DNA of 64,000 bases from Tubiluchus corallicola (lineage: Eukaryota > Animalia > Priapulida): assembly GCA_030141605.1 (NCBI GenBank), contig JAQGDQ010000025.1, positions 354,907 to 418,906 on the forward strand, given 5' to 3'. Positions 61,921-64,000 of this stretch are shown here, piece by piece. Under the pieces are notes generated by a model. That model made no database searches. It saw only the letters and a list, made by a program, of their open reading frames with translations, and was not told the origin of the DNA. Numbering within the stretch: position 1 is the first letter of the stretch; each line of letters starts with the position of its first letter. The translations under genes and the position numbers were made by a program.

Positions 61921-64000
61921 CTAGAGATAACAACACATTGTTACTTCAGATAATGACTCAAAAAATATATGGTGGGAAAAAAAGCTGTTGCTTTTTCAAC
62001 TAATAAAATTACTTAAAACCAAATCATTTAGTTCTTTCAGTTGTTCTAAAAAACCTAAAAAATTAATCAGGCGGCAGATTACACAAGCAATGTAATACAA
62101 TGGTTAAGATCACAGCAAACACTTTGATCAATTCACACAAGCTGCATGACAGATCAATTTGAACAGATTTTTCATCTGCTTAATTTTTCTTCATATATCT
62201 TTTGTTACAGACAAACAGAAATGAACACATGCTCTTGTTGTGGTCGCTCAAGCCATGGTCATGGCAAATTGCACATATATATATGCAAAAAAAGTACAGA
62301 TGTTGTCGAAATAGAGAAAAATATTATAAAATAAAAAAATACTTTAAAATTTACATTCAAAAACATCTCATATTAGTGCTTCGTTATTACTTACAACAAA
62401 GCAACCAGGCTTCAAGGATAAAATTGGTAATACTGAACAATTTCGTGACTATTCACACACACCCTTAATTGCCTGGTATTGGGGAGGTTTGCATTATTCA
62501 TATTTTGATAATGTATATTGTTTATTATTATATCATCATGATAATTATTATTATAGTTTTGTTTACAACACAGCAAAACAAAAACTATATTTTTTCAGAA
62601 ACAAACAAATGCAGTAGCAACATTGCATTGTTTTCTTCTTGGCCTTTTCCTTAAAACAATGCAAAAGAATTTGCAGGTAATCTACTCTACAATGTGTTGT
62701 TTATAATGTGCATTGTCAACGATAAACAAAATAATACAATGTTTACTGCATAACACAGAAAGTGATAAAACTAACTACCCTGAAATGTGACTCAAAACAA
62801 AATAAAGATAAAAATGTTTTAAATGTTAATATATTGTACATTTTTATTACATAACTACTAGTTATAAACTATAGTATTACATTGAAATGTGAAAACATTT
62901 TTGACCTTTATTTTGTTTTGTTGCACTACGGCTAGTTTAAAGGCAACAATTTTTCCTCTACTGACTCAAGGATTAATGCTATTATATTAATCTAGATAAT
63001 GAAACTGCAAGAAAATGCCAAACAATCTCAGAATGTCTAAACACTTTCTCAGTTTGAGTAGTAGTTTACAAAATGACTACCGAATTACTGTAGATTTTCA
63101 GAAAGGAAAACGCGATGTGAATTACTGACATTCGAACAGTTTTGCAAATAACAGACAGCTAAAATCAAGTCTTCGAGCAGTTAAAAAAAACCCTTACTTA
63201 AAGTCTATGACCAAAAAACAATTTGCACAGAGCAGTTCGTATCTAAACACACACTCACTAAAACTTTGTAAATTGTGTGCACATTGGTGAGGAAATGAAA
63301 TTAAACATTACAAAAAAGCATGTATAACATGCTCAATACCAAGCAGCAATTGTACCAGCTGTTGATAAAATTAGATTAAAAAACCACAAAAGTTTTACAC
63401 GTACCTGACAATTGATCATAAGATAATTTAAAATGCATTCAACTCAAAGATTTACAAATATACGAACTGATGTGGCATCAAAATTCAAATTAGCAAGGAA
63501 GCTGCTACATAATATAACTGCTTGTTTGAGGGACTGTTTGGTTAGCTTATGTTTGTTCGGTTTTCTGCTTGGCCGATCCCTGCCTACGCTCAGCAAATGT
63601 GCTAGTCTTGCTATGGTGGATTTTAGAAACTAGTAACACTATTTTAATAAGTTATTTGTTCAAAAGAAAATACATGTCTGTGTGAAATTGCATTTCCTCC
63701 AAGGTGCATCATGTCTGCAGTTACACACTATGCTTACACTGCACACAAAATGTAACAAAAAAGGCCAACAGAACTCAGTAAATTGCATATTAATACCAAA
63801 TTTGAATCAAAAGCCAGTTTGCTCGCTAATTAGACACATCAATACTCGACATTGAATGCCCACGCAGAACTAAAATGCTTGTAACACTTGTTAAAGGTAA
63901 AATTCAGTAAAAAAACAAATTTTCTTTAAATAAAAGAATGGCCGTAAGCCGTAACTTAAAATCTGACACTAATTTTATTATATTTCACGGCGTCATTCCT

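Noticed and set aside
62395-62432. 38-nt candidate RasGRF micro-exon (CAG...GTAAGT, minus strand)
   Set aside because: Contains an in-frame TGA in the phase required by the downstream exon.

Overview
AT-rich, intron-rich animal genomic DNA, probably a bilaterian invertebrate; the species cannot be identified from the sequence. Three protein-coding genes can be assembled by hand with phase-consistent GT-AG introns. (1) A complete two-exon Hmx/NK5 homeobox gene (+, 10783-19871, 316 aa, 8.1 kb intron) behind about 10 kb of non-coding, probably regulatory DNA. (2) A TOPAZ1-like germline gene with 12 coding exons (+, 27436-45245, about 2477 aa). It has a long disordered N-terminal half, a canonical CCCH zinc finger and the conserved helical TOPAZ1 region, and unexpectedly two extra 3' exons encoding an SRI-like (Pol II CTD-binding type) helical domain. 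(3) The last 10 coding exons of a RasGRF gene (-, 53956-61920; the 5' part lies beyond the window). The non-coding DNA holds a decayed LINE, a young RTE fragment with a 21-bp TSD, hAT and pogo/Tigger non-autonomous transposons, tRNA- and 5S-like SINE relics, two minisatellites and many microsatellites. One minisatellite appears to have grown out of a transposase coding sequence. There are no CRISPR arrays or prokaryotic systems. All homology calls are from recognition of motifs, not from database searches.
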